DNA from: Syncephalis fuscata S228 | Lineage: Eukaryota > Fungi > Zoopagomycota | DNA length: 64,000 nt | NCBI GenBank assembly: GCA_025786725.1 | Contig: JAHLTZ010000026.1 | Span: forward strand, 1 to 64,000 | Direction: 5' to 3' | Part shown: one piece after another, positions 63,472-64,000 of the stretch | Numbering within the stretch: position 1 is the first letter of the stretch | Layout: each line of letters begins with the position of its first letter | Position numbers and translations under genes: made by a program | The notes under the pieces: generated by a model | The model's input: only the letters and a program-made list of their open reading frames with translations | What the model was told of the DNA's origin: nothing | The model's database searches: none

Positions 63472-63950
63472 CTAATGTATATAACCATTGGCTATTTCTT
63501 CTTTCAAGTCATTATTCGATTTACATACATTGCTGGTAGAATACTCATGCTGTCTTTTTCCTACAACTTTAGATGGGTAATCGTCATGACTGTTATTAAT
63601 CAAACATGGAGACGTTGAAACACGTCTTAATTGCTGATGCAGTTCGTGGCCATGAAGAGCCCGCCTATCATTGGTATAACTTGTGATAGTGCTAGATGAT
63701 GTAGCAGTTGTCGCTGTCGCTGTTGTTGCCGCTGCTGTAGCCATCGTTATTGTTTCAATGGTCGGTGGATCTTCTTGAATTAATACATAACCAGCACAAA
63801 TGGTTACCTATGGCAAAAACAGTTTATTATTATTATTATTATTATTATATAATATTATTAATTATAATAGCTTACTACTAGAAACAGGATCCAATTGGTA
63901 GCAACATATTCACTAATACCGGCAATATTAACTTCAATCTCCTCGACTAT
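63472..63950 (-). CDS. 3' exons of a membrane protein gene entering from beyond the window (possibly Frag1/DRAM/Sfk1-like)
   Basis: Spliced EEIEVNIAGISEYVATNWILFLV/VTICAGYVLIQED.. followed by a Thr/Ala-rich tail, with a GT-AG intron ~63876-63808. The family guess is weak. Confidence 0.45.
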
Positions 63951-64000
63951 TATTTAAATAGTAAACATTAATTATATATGTCTATTCATTTAACACTGAT

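Noticed and set aside
63826-63848. (TTA)n microsatellite, and the (GTT)n tract near 16940
   Set aside because: These are ordinary simple repeats, one intronic and one encoding poly-Thr in TRA1.

Overview
This is AT-rich fungal DNA with many short GT-AG introns. The gene families suggest an early-diverging fungus, possibly a Zoopagomycota mycoparasite such as Syncephalis (inference). Ordinary content: the 3' end of a Ty3/gypsy LTR retrotransposon inserted into an MFS gene, an alpha-arrestin-like gene, an aldo-keto reductase, TRA1, an ACS-family MFS transporter, two F-box-like genes, an RBM26/27-like gene, Rab5, GDT1, a CAP-domain protein, several secreted proteins and a decayed ZUP1/Mug105 gene. 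The main finding is missing from the ORF track. Two paralogous minus-strand genes (9045-7164 and 60303-57922) each start with a 94-nt exon encoding a signal peptide and a Kex2 site (..LVRR). Each is followed by a tandem array of ~80-bp homologous introns separated by exactly 3-nt exons (AG|NNN|GT): 16 such exons in locus A and 27 in locus B, one of the latter with a broken acceptor. Joined in order, the micro-exons give stop-free secreted peptides, one codon per repeat: A = ..VRR-DDAPLVKR-GGAPFGFGQGKSH*, B = ..VRR-(EM/V)ESSFGADATPQNASPGISNSNNPSFF*. A near-identical inverted copy of B's 3' part lies at 35.3-36.0 kb. Single-base frameshifts in essential genes suggest assembly indel errors, so pseudogene calls need caution. 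All coordinates were derived by eye.
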